64,000 bases of DNA from Candidatus Methanosuratincola verstraetei (GTDB lineage Archaea; Thermoproteota; Methanomethylicia; Methanomethylicales; Methanomethylicaceae): NCBI GenBank assembly GCA_049570475.1, contig CP186953.1, positions 864,001 to 928,000 on the forward strand. The letters are read 5' to 3'. Position 1 is the stretch's first letter. Each line of letters begins with the position of its first letter. Both the position numbers and the translations under genes were made by a program. The notes beneath the pieces were generated by a model. It saw only the letters and a program-made list of their open reading frames with translations, was not told where the DNA came from and made no database searches. Shown one piece after another: positions 47,410 through 56,251 of this stretch.

Positions 47410-48144
47410 TCAGGGGCTGTACTCCCAAGGTGTGGAGTAAGGCAACTGAGTCAATATTGTCGCGATATGGTTCTTATCCTCAGGAGAGAGCGATATCGAG
47501 AGGCTCCCCGTTTTCGCAATTAGCTCTCCGCTGCTCCCTTTGGCAGAGACAGATGCCCCCTGATTGATTATGTATGTTGCATTGCCCGAGGTTGGCGCGT
47601 ACCAACCGGCAGGGTTCTGGAGAGTCTGAATCCACATCTCGAGGCAGACCCCCTCCCCCTCTTGTAGCTCCTCGATATCCCAAACTATGTAATCCTTGCT
47701 ATAGTTGCCTGGTCCAGGGAAGCTCAGTATGGTCACGTTCCCCCTGCCCACACTCCAGTTGATCACGCCAAACTGGTTCTCCAGCCGGTCGGTAACTTCC
47801 ACCTCTGTGAGCGTCTCATTACCGCAGTTGTGGACGCAGATCATTAACTTGAACTTCGTGGGGAAATAAGGTGGGTTCGCATTCCCGATGTGTATCAGGT
47901 TTGTCCTCTCGGAGATGTCCTCCCCGGTTGTAGCGTTGGTGAAAGCGCCGTCTATGGTCTTCTGTATGCCTATGCACGGGCCTTCGACACCTCCCCCTCC
48001 CCAGAAGCCCGTATGTACTACCCCTTGGATCTCGAGCGTCTGGAAAAACAGCGAGTAGGTGTTTCCTAGCGCGGCTAAAATCAAAACCGGCAAGAATCCT
48101 ACAATCAGAATCTCTTTAACATTTCTTCTTGACCTATGCTTCAT
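47410..48144 (-). CDS. SipW-substrate-like exported protein (minor pilin candidate)
   Basis: Signal peptide ending NTYS|LFFQTLEIQGVVHTG. Confidence 0.65.
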   Translation of the reverse strand: MKHRSRRNVKEILIVGFLPVLILAALGNTYSLFFQTLEIQGVVHTGFWGGGGVEGPCIGIQKTIDGAFTNATTGEDISERTNLIHIGNANPPYFPTKFKLMICVHNCGNETLTEVEVTDRLENQFGVINWSVGRGNVTILSFPGPGNYSKDYIVWDIEELQEGEGVCLEMWIQTLQNPAGWYAPTSGNATYIINQGASVSAKGSSGELIAKTGSLSISLSPEDKNHIATILTQLPYSTPWEYSP

Positions 48145-49415
48145 GTTTTCTCTCCACCTTCTTCAATAATTTGCATGCCTGCTGTCTGAGGTCCCAAAAA
48201 GCTCGGGGCGATCGAAGCCTGAGCCCCTCCTCTGCTAACGACCTGAGCGAGATTGTAAACAAAGTCCCTGAGGTATATCGTTATCAACCCGATCTTTGGG
48301 ACAACCTGCACAACCTTCCCGATTTTCCCTGAAACGCTTATCGGATCATCGGCAACATTGTTAGCGTCTCCTTTCGTAGTAATTAGATAGGTGCTTCCTG
48401 AAGGTTCGATGCTAACCACCCTGTGGGTTATTGATATTCCGTACCCCGCCCTCGTGTACTGGACGATGTCTCCAACCTTTATGCTGCTGGGATCTGAAGG
48501 CACCGATATCACAACATCTCCGGTCTTGAGCGCTGGGCTCATGCTATTGCTGGCGACGACTGAAGGCTTGAACCCTAGCAGCCCTGTAGGGATCCAGAGT
48601 ATCGTCATAGCCACAATCAGGACAATGACCCAGGGCAGTGCTGAGGTCTTTTTCGGAAATTTCCTGAGATCGGTCTTCCTGATCAGCCCGTACCTGATCA
48701 GCGTTCCCGTTCTTACCCCCTCATTCAAGAATAGCAGCCCTAGGGCAGGGATTGCCGTGTTCACCAGCCCCCTAACTGCCCAATCAGGATTTGGAATTAT
48801 GGGTGAAAGCCATTGGAAAGCCTGCAGGGGGAAGATGTATGCAAGTGAGGACGTCGGCCCCCCGAGGAGTGCCAGATACGAGGCTGCGAAGTTGATCGCG
48901 AATGCTGGGATCAGTCTTCCACCAAAAAATTCGAAGAAACGCACCCCTTGGAATGCAGTTGTGTACGCCGCAAAATTGAAAGATATTGTGGTGAAAAGGA
49001 TGGAGATCAAAACAAGCCCAAGAAAGATCCTCTTCTTGGAGTAGCTTTTGATCAGATAAGCTCTGGTGAACTCGAATGCCATTATGCTCGTCCCGAAGAA
49101 GGCTGTGTTCACGAGAATAAAAATTGGGGCAAGCGAAAAGGGGGTCCTCCCGAACCCCATGAAGAATCCTGTCGAAATTAAGGCAGCAAGTTGGAGGGCT
49201 GCCAGATACAGCGCGTTAATAATTACCCTCTTATTCAACCTGAATGATGCCAAGTTTCCCTTATTCATTCGCTTGTCCATCAGTATGACAGCCGCCGTCA
49301 CGGCTGCCCAAACAATAACACTTGCCAAATAATACTGCATCTCGGGCAGGAATCGGCCTAAAGCGCTTACTGCTGCATAACTACCCAGCACCATCGCCAA
49401 AGCAACTAACCACAT
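48141..49415 (-). CDS. SipW/Sec11-type signal peptidase I fused to a multi-TM N-terminal domain
   Basis: SNSMSP, GDIV, ITHRV, TKGDAN motifs after about 8 TMs. Confidence 0.88.
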   Translation of the reverse strand: MWLVALAMVLGSYAAVSALGRFLPEMQYYLASVIVWAAVTAAVILMDKRMNKGNLASFRLNKRVIINALYLAALQLAALISTGFFMGFGRTPFSLAPIFILVNTAFFGTSIMAFEFTRAYLIKSYSKKRIFLGLVLISILFTTISFNFAAYTTAFQGVRFFEFFGGRLIPAFAINFAASYLALLGGPTSSLAYIFPLQAFQWLSPIIPNPDWAVRGLVNTAIPALGLLFLNEGVRTGTLIRYGLIRKTDLRKFPKKTSALPWVIVLIVAMTILWIPTGLLGFKPSVVASNSMSPALKTGDVVISVPSDPSSIKVGDIVQYTRAGYGISITHRVVSIEPSGSTYLITTKGDANNVADDPISVSGKIGKVVQVVPKIGLITIYLRDFVYNLAQVVSRGGAQASIAPSFLGPQTAGMQIIEEGGEKT

Positions 49416-49479
49416 TCCCGCCCACCCGTCTTTCGCATTCCATATGCCCCATAAAAAAAGAAAAAAAGTTGTGTCCCGC

Positions 49480-50151
49480 TCATGTAGGTCCAGGTTGAGT
49501 GTATTGGATAGGCCACTGGGACTCGTTCCACTGCACCGCGTATAGCTTTATCGTGTACTGCAGCGTGGCGCCCTCTGGTGCAGTCTGGAGCACGTGCACC
49601 CACCAGCTGTACTCGTTCGAGCGTTCGCCTGGATCTATCTGCTCCCCAAGTGGCTCTAGCCACAGTATCTCAATGTCCGGAAGCCCGTCGCCAGTACAGT
49701 CGACTGCAAAGTCCTTGAGTTTTGTGTACGGGTAAGTATAGTTTGTTATCAGGTTCCCTTGCCCGTCGTAGAACTCGATGTATTCGAGGTGTATCGGCAC
49801 AGTCCCAGTGTTGCGGAAGTAAACCGAGAACATTGCCATGTAGCATGGGTAAGTATTGTACATCGTGAAGGTGGCTGACATCCCGTCAGGCGCTATCACG
49901 CAATCTGTCCAACCCACATCCTTGCGTTCAGGCACAATGAAGCTATTGCCTTCGAACCCTGGCAGAATCGATCTGTCCGGTTGCTTCCCGGCGTCCGAAG
50001 TGAACTGATCTACTATCTTCCACTCCAAGTAACCCGTATTCACAGTGCCATCCACGTATAATGTTTGGAACCAAAGCCCGTATGTCGCCGAAAATGCAAA
50101 GAGCGCAACGACCAGTGCAGCAGGAATCAGCACCAGCTTCATGTTAGTCAT
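49480..50151 (-). CDS. SipW-substrate/TasA-like exported protein (pilin candidate)
   Basis: ATYG|LWFQTLYVDGTVNTG, NTYPCY, NTGTVP, QWNE. Confidence 0.7.
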   Translation of the reverse strand: MTNMKLVLIPAALVVALFAFSATYGLWFQTLYVDGTVNTGYLEWKIVDQFTSDAGKQPDRSILPGFEGNSFIVPERKDVGWTDCVIAPDGMSATFTMYNTYPCYMAMFSVYFRNTGTVPIHLEYIEFYDGQGNLITNYTYPYTKLKDFAVDCTGDGLPDIEILWLEPLGEQIDPGERSNEYSWWVHVLQTAPEGATLQYTIKLYAVQWNESQWPIQYTQPGPT

Positions 50152-50161
50152 TTAAGTCCCC

Positions 50162-50794
50162 TCACTCGGCTAAATCCGCCAGCCATTCCTCGTTGCTGTC
50201 ATATCCTGCTGGCGGCTTAGTCGGCCACTCGTTCCACTGCTCGACGACTACCTTGAAGGTGAACGTGTATGTTGAGTTCTCCTGAGCGTCGTTAGTTAGG
50301 TGAATGGCAAATACTCCCCACGCAGACTCTCCTGGGTGCACCTGGGTCCCGTTCTCTATGAACATCTTTTCACCTATTTGTGGGTGTTGAGCAGGCAAGT
50401 CGATTAAATTCAAGAACTTCTCGTCCCAGGGGACAAATTGCACAGTGCCTGGGAATCCCTCAGTCACGAGCGATGTGTCATAGATCTTCCATGGGATTGT
50501 GCCGGTGTTCGTCAAGTCAATTAGTGCATAGTACCAGATGCAAGGATATGCGTTTTCGACTGTCACATAGAGTGTGTACGGATCATCACCACATGCTCTG
50601 ACTGTTATGTTGCTATAGTCCTTCTCGGGTGGTTCGCTGTCCCAAGCCGGGTGTATGCTCCACCGTGCGTCGAGGGTGCCCGTATAGACGGTGCCATATA
50701 TGTACAGCGCCTGGAACCAAAGTCCGTAAGTCACTCCGAGCATAAGCACGGCCGCTAGAGATACTCCTAGTATTACTCCCATTTTACTTTTCAT
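50162..50794 (-). CDS. SipW-substrate/TasA-like exported protein (major pilin candidate)
   Basis: VTYG|LWFQALYIYGTVYTG, NAYPC, NTGTIP, QWNE; AAGGAG RBS. Confidence 0.7.
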   Translation of the reverse strand: MKSKMGVILGVSLAAVLMLGVTYGLWFQALYIYGTVYTGTLDARWSIHPAWDSEPPEKDYSNITVRACGDDPYTLYVTVENAYPCIWYYALIDLTNTGTIPWKIYDTSLVTEGFPGTVQFVPWDEKFLNLIDLPAQHPQIGEKMFIENGTQVHPGESAWGVFAIHLTNDAQENSTYTFTFKVVVEQWNEWPTKPPAGYDSNEEWLADLAE

Positions 50795-51194
50795 TTTTTA
50801 CCATCTCCTTTACCGGGGGTATTTATGGTCGGGTGACTCAGGCACCCCCGATTTTATGCCTGGTCGAATTTAATATTATATACCGTTATTAATAAAAAAT
50901 AACGTATTATTTTTTCTTATAAATAATACGTATTAAAAATACTTACTTTAGGTACTTTAACAGCGGTTTGAATCAGTTGCAGCCATTTTGTGGAAAATTT
51001 ACACCTGAGAAACAATCCTGATGTTGACGAGGCTTTGCTGCAAAAGGTAGCCGCAGTTTTATTTGGCACACCCTGAGTGACTGGGACTTGATTGACCTGA
51101 TCCCTTGCTGAGGCTGCAACACTCCGACTGTCTGACGATAAAGGTTTCGATTGGCGCCCCCCGAACGCCTGCGAACCCGTGTTCGAGGATTGCG

Positions 51195-51282
51195 TGGTGC
51201 GGGGAGTGGGATTTGAACCCACGAAGGCCTTCGCCACAAGGTCCTGAGCCTTGCGCCTTTGACCTGACTTGGCGACCCCCGC
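51195..51282 (-). tRNA. tRNA-Leu(CAG), CCA encoded
   Basis: GCGGGGGTCGCCAAGTCAGGTCAAAGGCGCAAGGCTCAGGACCTTG..GGTTCAAATCCCACTCCCCGCACCA; long variable arm. Confidence 0.95.
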
Positions 51283-51326
51283 CTGCCCTACTAATTTTAT
51301 AAGAGTCACATATATTCTTAACAGGT

Positions 51327-52172
51327 ATGAGCCTGGATCTCCTGAAAGGCGTCTGCAGGTCTGCGCTTTCCGCAATATCTGGATTCTCGGCGCGGTCGCC
51401 CCCGTCCTCACTCCGCGAGGTCGTGAAGAGAGGGGCAGGCGGCGACCTGACCAAGCGGATAGACAAGGTGGCGGAGGACGCAGCGGTCTCCTATCTCGAG
51501 TCCGCGGGCTTCAGGGGCAGCCTGCTCAGCGAAGAGCTGGGGGTAAAGCGCTTCGGCGGCGAGGAGTACCCGCTCGTGGTCCTTGATCCAGTCGACGGGA
51601 CCACTAACGCGACGCGCGGGATAGCCCTTTACTCGATCTCGGCAGCCATCGCTCTGGGCCCGCGCCTTTCGGATGTCGAGTCCGCAGTCGTGATGGAGAT
51701 CCCATCGGGAAGAGCCTTCTGGGCGGAGAGGGGGTCTGGCGCCTTCCTTGACGGGGTGCCGATAAGGGTCAACGATGGGGTGGACGTGCCAAAGTCGCTG
51801 GCTGGTCTCGACTTCAACGTACGGGGAAACCGGGAAAAGGTCTACGAGGTGCTGCCTGTCCTCCTCTCTGTGAAGCACATCAGGAACCTCGGGTCGGCAG
51901 CCCTCGGACTATGCTACACCGCCTCCGGCGCCCTCGACTTCTACTTGGACAACCGCCTCCTCCTTCGGGTAACGGACATCGCCGCCTCCGTCCTCATACT
52001 CAGGGAGGCAGGCGCAAAGGTGCTGGACCTGGAGGGGAACGATCTGGACTGCGCTCTCGAACTGGCTGAGCGGGTTGAGCTGATCGCTGGGTGCGAAAAG
52101 GTCTGCAGGGAAGTCCTTTCCCTGATCAGAAGGAATGCGCGCCCAAAAACCTGGAAAAAGTTCAGTCCTTGA
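51327..52172 (+). CDS. suhB: Inositol monophosphatase/fructose-1,6-bisphosphatase
   Basis: SEE, DPVDGTTN, GSAAL, DIAA. Confidence 0.9.
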   Translation: MSLDLLKGVCRSALSAISGFSARSPPSSLREVVKRGAGGDLTKRIDKVAEDAAVSYLESAGFRGSLLSEELGVKRFGGEEYPLVVLDPVDGTTNATRGIALYSISAAIALGPRLSDVESAVVMEIPSGRAFWAERGSGAFLDGVPIRVNDGVDVPKSLAGLDFNVRGNREKVYEVLPVLLSVKHIRNLGSAALGLCYTASGALDFYLDNRLLLRVTDIAASVLILREAGAKVLDLEGNDLDCALELAERVELIAGCEKVCREVLSLIRRNARPKTWKKFSP

Positions 52173-52416
52173 CCTGCTCGAGGATGCTTATCGCCTGCCA
52201 GATTGCCGTCCTGGCGAATAACGGCATGTTGGGGTCCTGGCCGCACTCCTCGAGTATGCTGATGGCGTTTGCAGCCTTGACGGCGTCGGAGTATGTCTTC
52301 CCCTGCAGTGTCTTCATCGCTTCCGAGGCCGCCCTCCTGATGTTCCGGGGGACCCCGTTGTCGTCTGCTATCCTCTGGAGGACATTGATTGCTTGGGTCA
52401 TCTTATCACTGCTCAT
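52162..52416 (-). CDS. UPF0147 family protein
   Basis: DNGVPRNIRRAA, DPNMPLFART. Confidence 0.9.
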   Translation of the reverse strand: MSSDKMTQAINVLQRIADDNGVPRNIRRAASEAMKTLQGKTYSDAVKAANAISILEECGQDPNMPLFARTAIWQAISILEQVKD

Positions 52417-52481
52417 TTCGAACCACCTTTTCAGCAAATAGGCATATAATCCTCCTTATTACCTTTATTCTGTGTGGTTTT

Positions 52482-52835
52482 ATGAGCGCCAGGGACTCGC
52501 AGGTCAAGCGCATGGCTGACCTACTACGGGAAGGGGCGACAATGCTCTCCCAGGCATGTCCTGAGTGCAAGACCCCGCTTTTCCGCCTCTCCAGCGGCGA
52601 GGTGGTCTGCCCAGGGTGCAACAAGCGTGTAGTCTTCGCCAAACCTTCCGAGACAGAGAGGGTTGCATCCCAATCTGTAGTTGCTTCGAGCCTCGAGGAG
52701 GTGCTCATTGAAAAGATCTCCGAGTTACAGTCCAGTCTCCGCATGTCAAAAGACGTCTCTGAGATCGAGCGGTATGCAAAGGTCCTCTCCTCGCTCTTTG
52801 AACTCCTCGAGAAGGTAAGGGGGGCAAAGCGCTAG
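52482..52835 (+). CDS. UPF0148/autoantigen p27 zinc-ribbon protein
   Basis: MADLLREGATMLSQACPECKTPLF..CPGC. Confidence 0.88.
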   Translation: MSARDSQVKRMADLLREGATMLSQACPECKTPLFRLSSGEVVCPGCNKRVVFAKPSETERVASQSVVASSLEEVLIEKISELQSSLRMSKDVSEIERYAKVLSSLFELLEKVRGAKR

Positions 52836-52865
52836 CAGGATTGCACTGGTCATGGCGTGGACGGG

Positions 52866-53624
52866 CTACTCCGAATCCCTCTCCTGCTGCCGCCCATCAA
52901 GGGGTTTCGTCTTGTACCCCCCATAGGGCGTAGATGCGACCTCCCTGATCCTCCTCGCCTTCTTAGGGCCGATCTTCTCTACCCTCTGGAGTTCCTCCTC
53001 GCTGGCTGAAAATACTGCCTGAACTGTCCCGAACTCCGCCAGGAGCCTCCTTGCAGTCGAGACTTCAACCATGGGAAGGCTGGCCACGACATACTCTTTC
53101 TCCTCATCCGGGGTCCTGGGGCGTCTCCTGTCCTTCAGGCTGATCGAGACGCCTGCCTGCCTCTGCTCCCTCCTGGCTATTGCGACTATGAAGCCCGCCG
53201 CATCCTCAGGACCTTCCGCGGTGATCACCGGGATCCCGAAGTCGAGGATCATGCTCGCGACTGCTCCCCTGATCGCCTCCCTGGAGACCCCGATCTCCGC
53301 ACTCCTGCCCATCTCCAGGAGGATTATCGGTCGGGGGTAGCACTCCTTGAGCGCCTGAGCCTGCGAGAAGAGCCTCCTGTCAACAATGGACGCCGCGAGG
53401 TCAGCGTACGCCTTTCTCTCTATTGCTACCTCTTCCGAGACGACATAGTCCCCGACCTTGAGCGTCCTGTACTCGATCTTAACGCCTAGCGCAGCCAGAG
53501 CCATGGCGGTCTGGGATGGCGCTTCCCTCCGATCCACAATCACCTCTAACGTTCCGTTGCCAGTCCCCTTCCCCTTCAGGAACTTCAGGAGCGTCTCTCC
53601 CTGCCTCTCAGCACCAGAGGGCAA
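52866..53624 (-). CDS. xpf: Short XPF/ERCC4 endonuclease
   Basis: VDRRE, GDY, ERK, DRRLFSQ; HhH2 domain; no helicase domain. Confidence 0.9.
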   Translation of the reverse strand: MPSGAERQGETLLKFLKGKGTGNGTLEVIVDRREAPSQTAMALAALGVKIEYRTLKVGDYVVSEEVAIERKAYADLAASIVDRRLFSQAQALKECYPRPIILLEMGRSAEIGVSREAIRGAVASMILDFGIPVITAEGPEDAAGFIVAIARREQRQAGVSISLKDRRRPRTPDEEKEYVVASLPMVEVSTARRLLAEFGTVQAVFSASEEELQRVEKIGPKKARRIREVASTPYGGYKTKPLDGRQQERDSE

Positions 53625-53688
53625 AATGCCTCACCGGGAAGATCTCGATGGGATAGGCATATAATCGGATCGCCCCAGATCTTATCCC

Positions 53689-54297
53689 ATGCCCGATCTC
53701 AAGAGGGGTGTATTCATCGCACTGGAGGGCGTGGACGGCGCTGGATCGTCCACGCAGACCCGCCTCCTCGTAGACCTGCTGGTGGAAAAGGGCTTCAGGG
53801 CTGTCGCGACAAAGGAGCCCAACCCGGGCGGCTTCATCGAGCCTGCCATCAGGCTCTCGCTTGCGCAACCCTCCGGATCGCCTGTTGTCGACGCCCTGCT
53901 CTTCGCGGCTGACCGCGCAGACCACGTGGAGCGCCTGATAAGGCCCGCGCTTGCGGACCGCAAGATAGTGGTTTCGGACCGGTACCTCGAGTCCTCCATA
54001 GCCTACCAGTGCGCCCAGGGGCTCGATGAGAGGTGGATCCTCGCGATCAACAAGCACGCGCTAAAGCCGGACCTCACGATAATAATGGACATCGATCCCG
54101 AGATCTCCCTCAAGAGGAAGGGATCCCCCAGGGAGCGTTACGAGAATTCTGATTTTCTCAAGAGGGTGCGGGAGAAGTTCCTGGAGAGGGCGGAGAGGAA
54201 GGGGCACGAGGTCGTAGACGCCTCCAAGCCGGTCGAAGAGGTCCATGCGGAAATCGTCAGGAAGGTCCTACCGCTGCTCATCTCGGTTGTACCTTAA
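53689..54297 (+). CDS. tmk: Thymidylate kinase
   Basis: EGVDGAGSST, LLFAADR, DRYLESSIAYQ. Confidence 0.93.
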   Translation: MPDLKRGVFIALEGVDGAGSSTQTRLLVDLLVEKGFRAVATKEPNPGGFIEPAIRLSLAQPSGSPVVDALLFAADRADHVERLIRPALADRKIVVSDRYLESSIAYQCAQGLDERWILAINKHALKPDLTIIMDIDPEISLKRKGSPRERYENSDFLKRVREKFLERAERKGHEVVDASKPVEEVHAEIVRKVLPLLISVVP

Positions 54298-54346
54298 CAA
54301 AGTCGCCAATCTTAAGTTCGGTTTCTGCCCGTCCTGAACCGAGCGG

Positions 54347-55609
54347 TCAGTAGGATATCCTTGCGGACTCCGGCAGGCGCCCGAGTATCTTCTCTGAAGC
54401 CTCCTTCACCCTATCCCTGTCCCCCTCATACGTGTAGACCCTGACTATGTTCATGAAGCCCTTCAGCACCTCTATTATCTTCGAGATCTTCGTAGCCTTC
54501 AGCACACACTTGCCCGCGGCGTCGACCACCGGTATCTCCATGGGGTCGAGGGAGAGCTTGTGGAAGTATGGTATGGACGGTAGCGAAGGGGTGTCTATGA
54601 AGACGCTCGAGGGCGGTATCCCCGCCAGGTCAGCTATCTCTGACTCGACTTCTTTCCTTATCCCGTCCAGGCTGAAGAGCCCCGAGATCGCCTTGTCCTC
54701 AGCTTGGAGCTCCCTCTCGTAAGCGCACTTGAGGAGCCGCCTTGACTCGAGGTCCCTTATTATCTGCGTGGACTTTTCGCACCTCTTCAGATCCGCCCAG
54801 ACGCTGTAGTCGTCTAGCTCGAGGTACTCGTCCGGGATCTTGAAGCTGCAGAGCCCGAGCTCCTCCTCAGCCGCCTCAAGGGCCCTTACCAGCAGGATCT
54901 GGGCAGATCTCGCGGTCTTGTGGTAATATATCGCCCTGAACGACTCTATCCTCGCTATCAGGAAAGCCTCGAGGGCAGCGAGCGCAGAGCTGTCCACAAC
55001 GAGTGTGTCATCGACAACGTCCATCTTGTAGATCAGCCTGTATATGTCGATCTTTCCGTACTCTGCACCCGTGTGGTGCGTGTCCCTGGAGAGGAAGTCC
55101 ATCTTGTCGACGTCTACGGCACTCGAGATGATCTGGTTCATGAAAGGTCTTGCTTTCTGATCCCTGCCCACTGCCAGGTCTGCTATCTCGTCCGGGCTGA
55201 AGCCGTGCCTGGAGATTATGTCGCTCAGCTCGGTCCCCCTCACGATCCAGGGGGTGAGGTCCTCGTGGGTCTTGTTCAGCCTCTTCATCAGGACCTGCTC
55301 GAAGGTGTGCGAGAAAGGCCCGTGCCCCAGGTCGTGGCAAAGTCCTGCCAGCCTGATCCTCTGGATCTCGTCCTTGTCCATCCCGATCGGGAGCGCCTTT
55401 CCGAGCAGTCCTGCGAGGTGCATTACCCCGACCGAGTGTTCAAACCTTGTGTGGTTCGCCCCGGGGTAGACGTAATCTGCGAAGACGAGCTGCTTGATCC
55501 TCCTGAGCCTCTGGAGCGGCAGGGTGTCGATTACCTCCTTCTCGGTCTCAGTGATGTGGACATAGCCATGGACCGGATCCTTTATCATCCCCCAGGGTCT
55601 ATCCATCAT
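54347..55609 (-). CDS. HD-domain phosphohydrolase (SAMHD1/dNTPase-like)
   Basis: DPVHG, RLRRIKQL, HTRFEHS, HDLGHGPFSH, DVDKMD. Confidence 0.9.
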   Translation of the reverse strand: MMDRPWGMIKDPVHGYVHITETEKEVIDTLPLQRLRRIKQLVFADYVYPGANHTRFEHSVGVMHLAGLLGKALPIGMDKDEIQRIRLAGLCHDLGHGPFSHTFEQVLMKRLNKTHEDLTPWIVRGTELSDIISRHGFSPDEIADLAVGRDQKARPFMNQIISSAVDVDKMDFLSRDTHHTGAEYGKIDIYRLIYKMDVVDDTLVVDSSALAALEAFLIARIESFRAIYYHKTARSAQILLVRALEAAEEELGLCSFKIPDEYLELDDYSVWADLKRCEKSTQIIRDLESRRLLKCAYERELQAEDKAISGLFSLDGIRKEVESEIADLAGIPPSSVFIDTPSLPSIPYFHKLSLDPMEIPVVDAAGKCVLKATKISKIIEVLKGFMNIVRVYTYEGDRDRVKEASEKILGRLPESARISY

Positions 55610-55822
55610 TCATCCCGACAAAAATATCGATCTGTGATGTCTTAACCTTTGCCATCCGACCGACTGCATTTCGACACATAATGCCTGAAATTAGCACATC
55701 CTGAAAGGGCACTTCCAAAAACCGTCATCCGTTTATGGGTTCGCGCGTGCATGATCTGCCTGATCCCGCTGGCAAGCCCTTCAAGATGGCGCAGGAAGCC
55801 AGTGCCCCCATGTGGTCGCCCC

Positions 55823-56251
55823 TCAGTGGCGCGGGACTCGCCTCTTCACCATCACAAAGCCGGTGGCCCCGTCCACCTCGACCCAGTCCCCGCTCCTGAT
55901 CTCGGATATTGGATCTGCGTCGAGCCTGTCGACAAGGGGGATCTCGGCGAGTATGCACCCGACGGCGATTATCGCCTCCGTCTCCAAATTTATTATCGCC
56001 GCTGGTGCGTGCCCGTTCTTCCTCAGCTGGTAGATGACATAGGAGCCGACTGTGCTGCCCTTTCCCTTCGGGAACACGAGCACCTTGTCCGTCACATCCT
56101 TGCCGAGGAGCTCATGGCCCCTCTCCCTGATTTTCCCCGTGTCTGGATCAACGCCGCCGAAGAAGGATATCTCCTGCCCGGTGACGAGCGCCTCTCCTTC
56201 GCCCCTGAACTTTGCAACCCCCCTGCCCCTGAAGACCGCCTCATCTGCCAT
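55823..56251 (-). CDS. Aconitase X swivel subunit (phosphomevalonate dehydratase small subunit, DUF126)
   Basis: ISFFGGVDP, GKGSTVGSY. Confidence 0.88.
   Translation of the reverse strand: MADEAVFRGRGVAKFRGEGEALVTGQEISFFGGVDPDTGKIRERGHELLGKDVTDKVLVFPKGKGSTVGSYVIYQLRKNGHAPAAIINLETEAIIAVGCILAEIPLVDRLDADPISEIRSGDWVEVDGATGFVMVKRRVPRH

Noticed and set aside
45944-51282. tRNA-Leu-integrated provirus or island
   Set aside because: No integrase and no duplicated tRNA 3' end (att site) seen in the window
50917-51466. ORFs overlapping tRNA-Leu
   Set aside because: Spurious; they overlap a clear tRNA and an AT-rich promoter region
54301-54307. AGTCGCC resembling the motility half-site
   Set aside because: Lies between convergent gene ends, with no partner half-site or downstream gene
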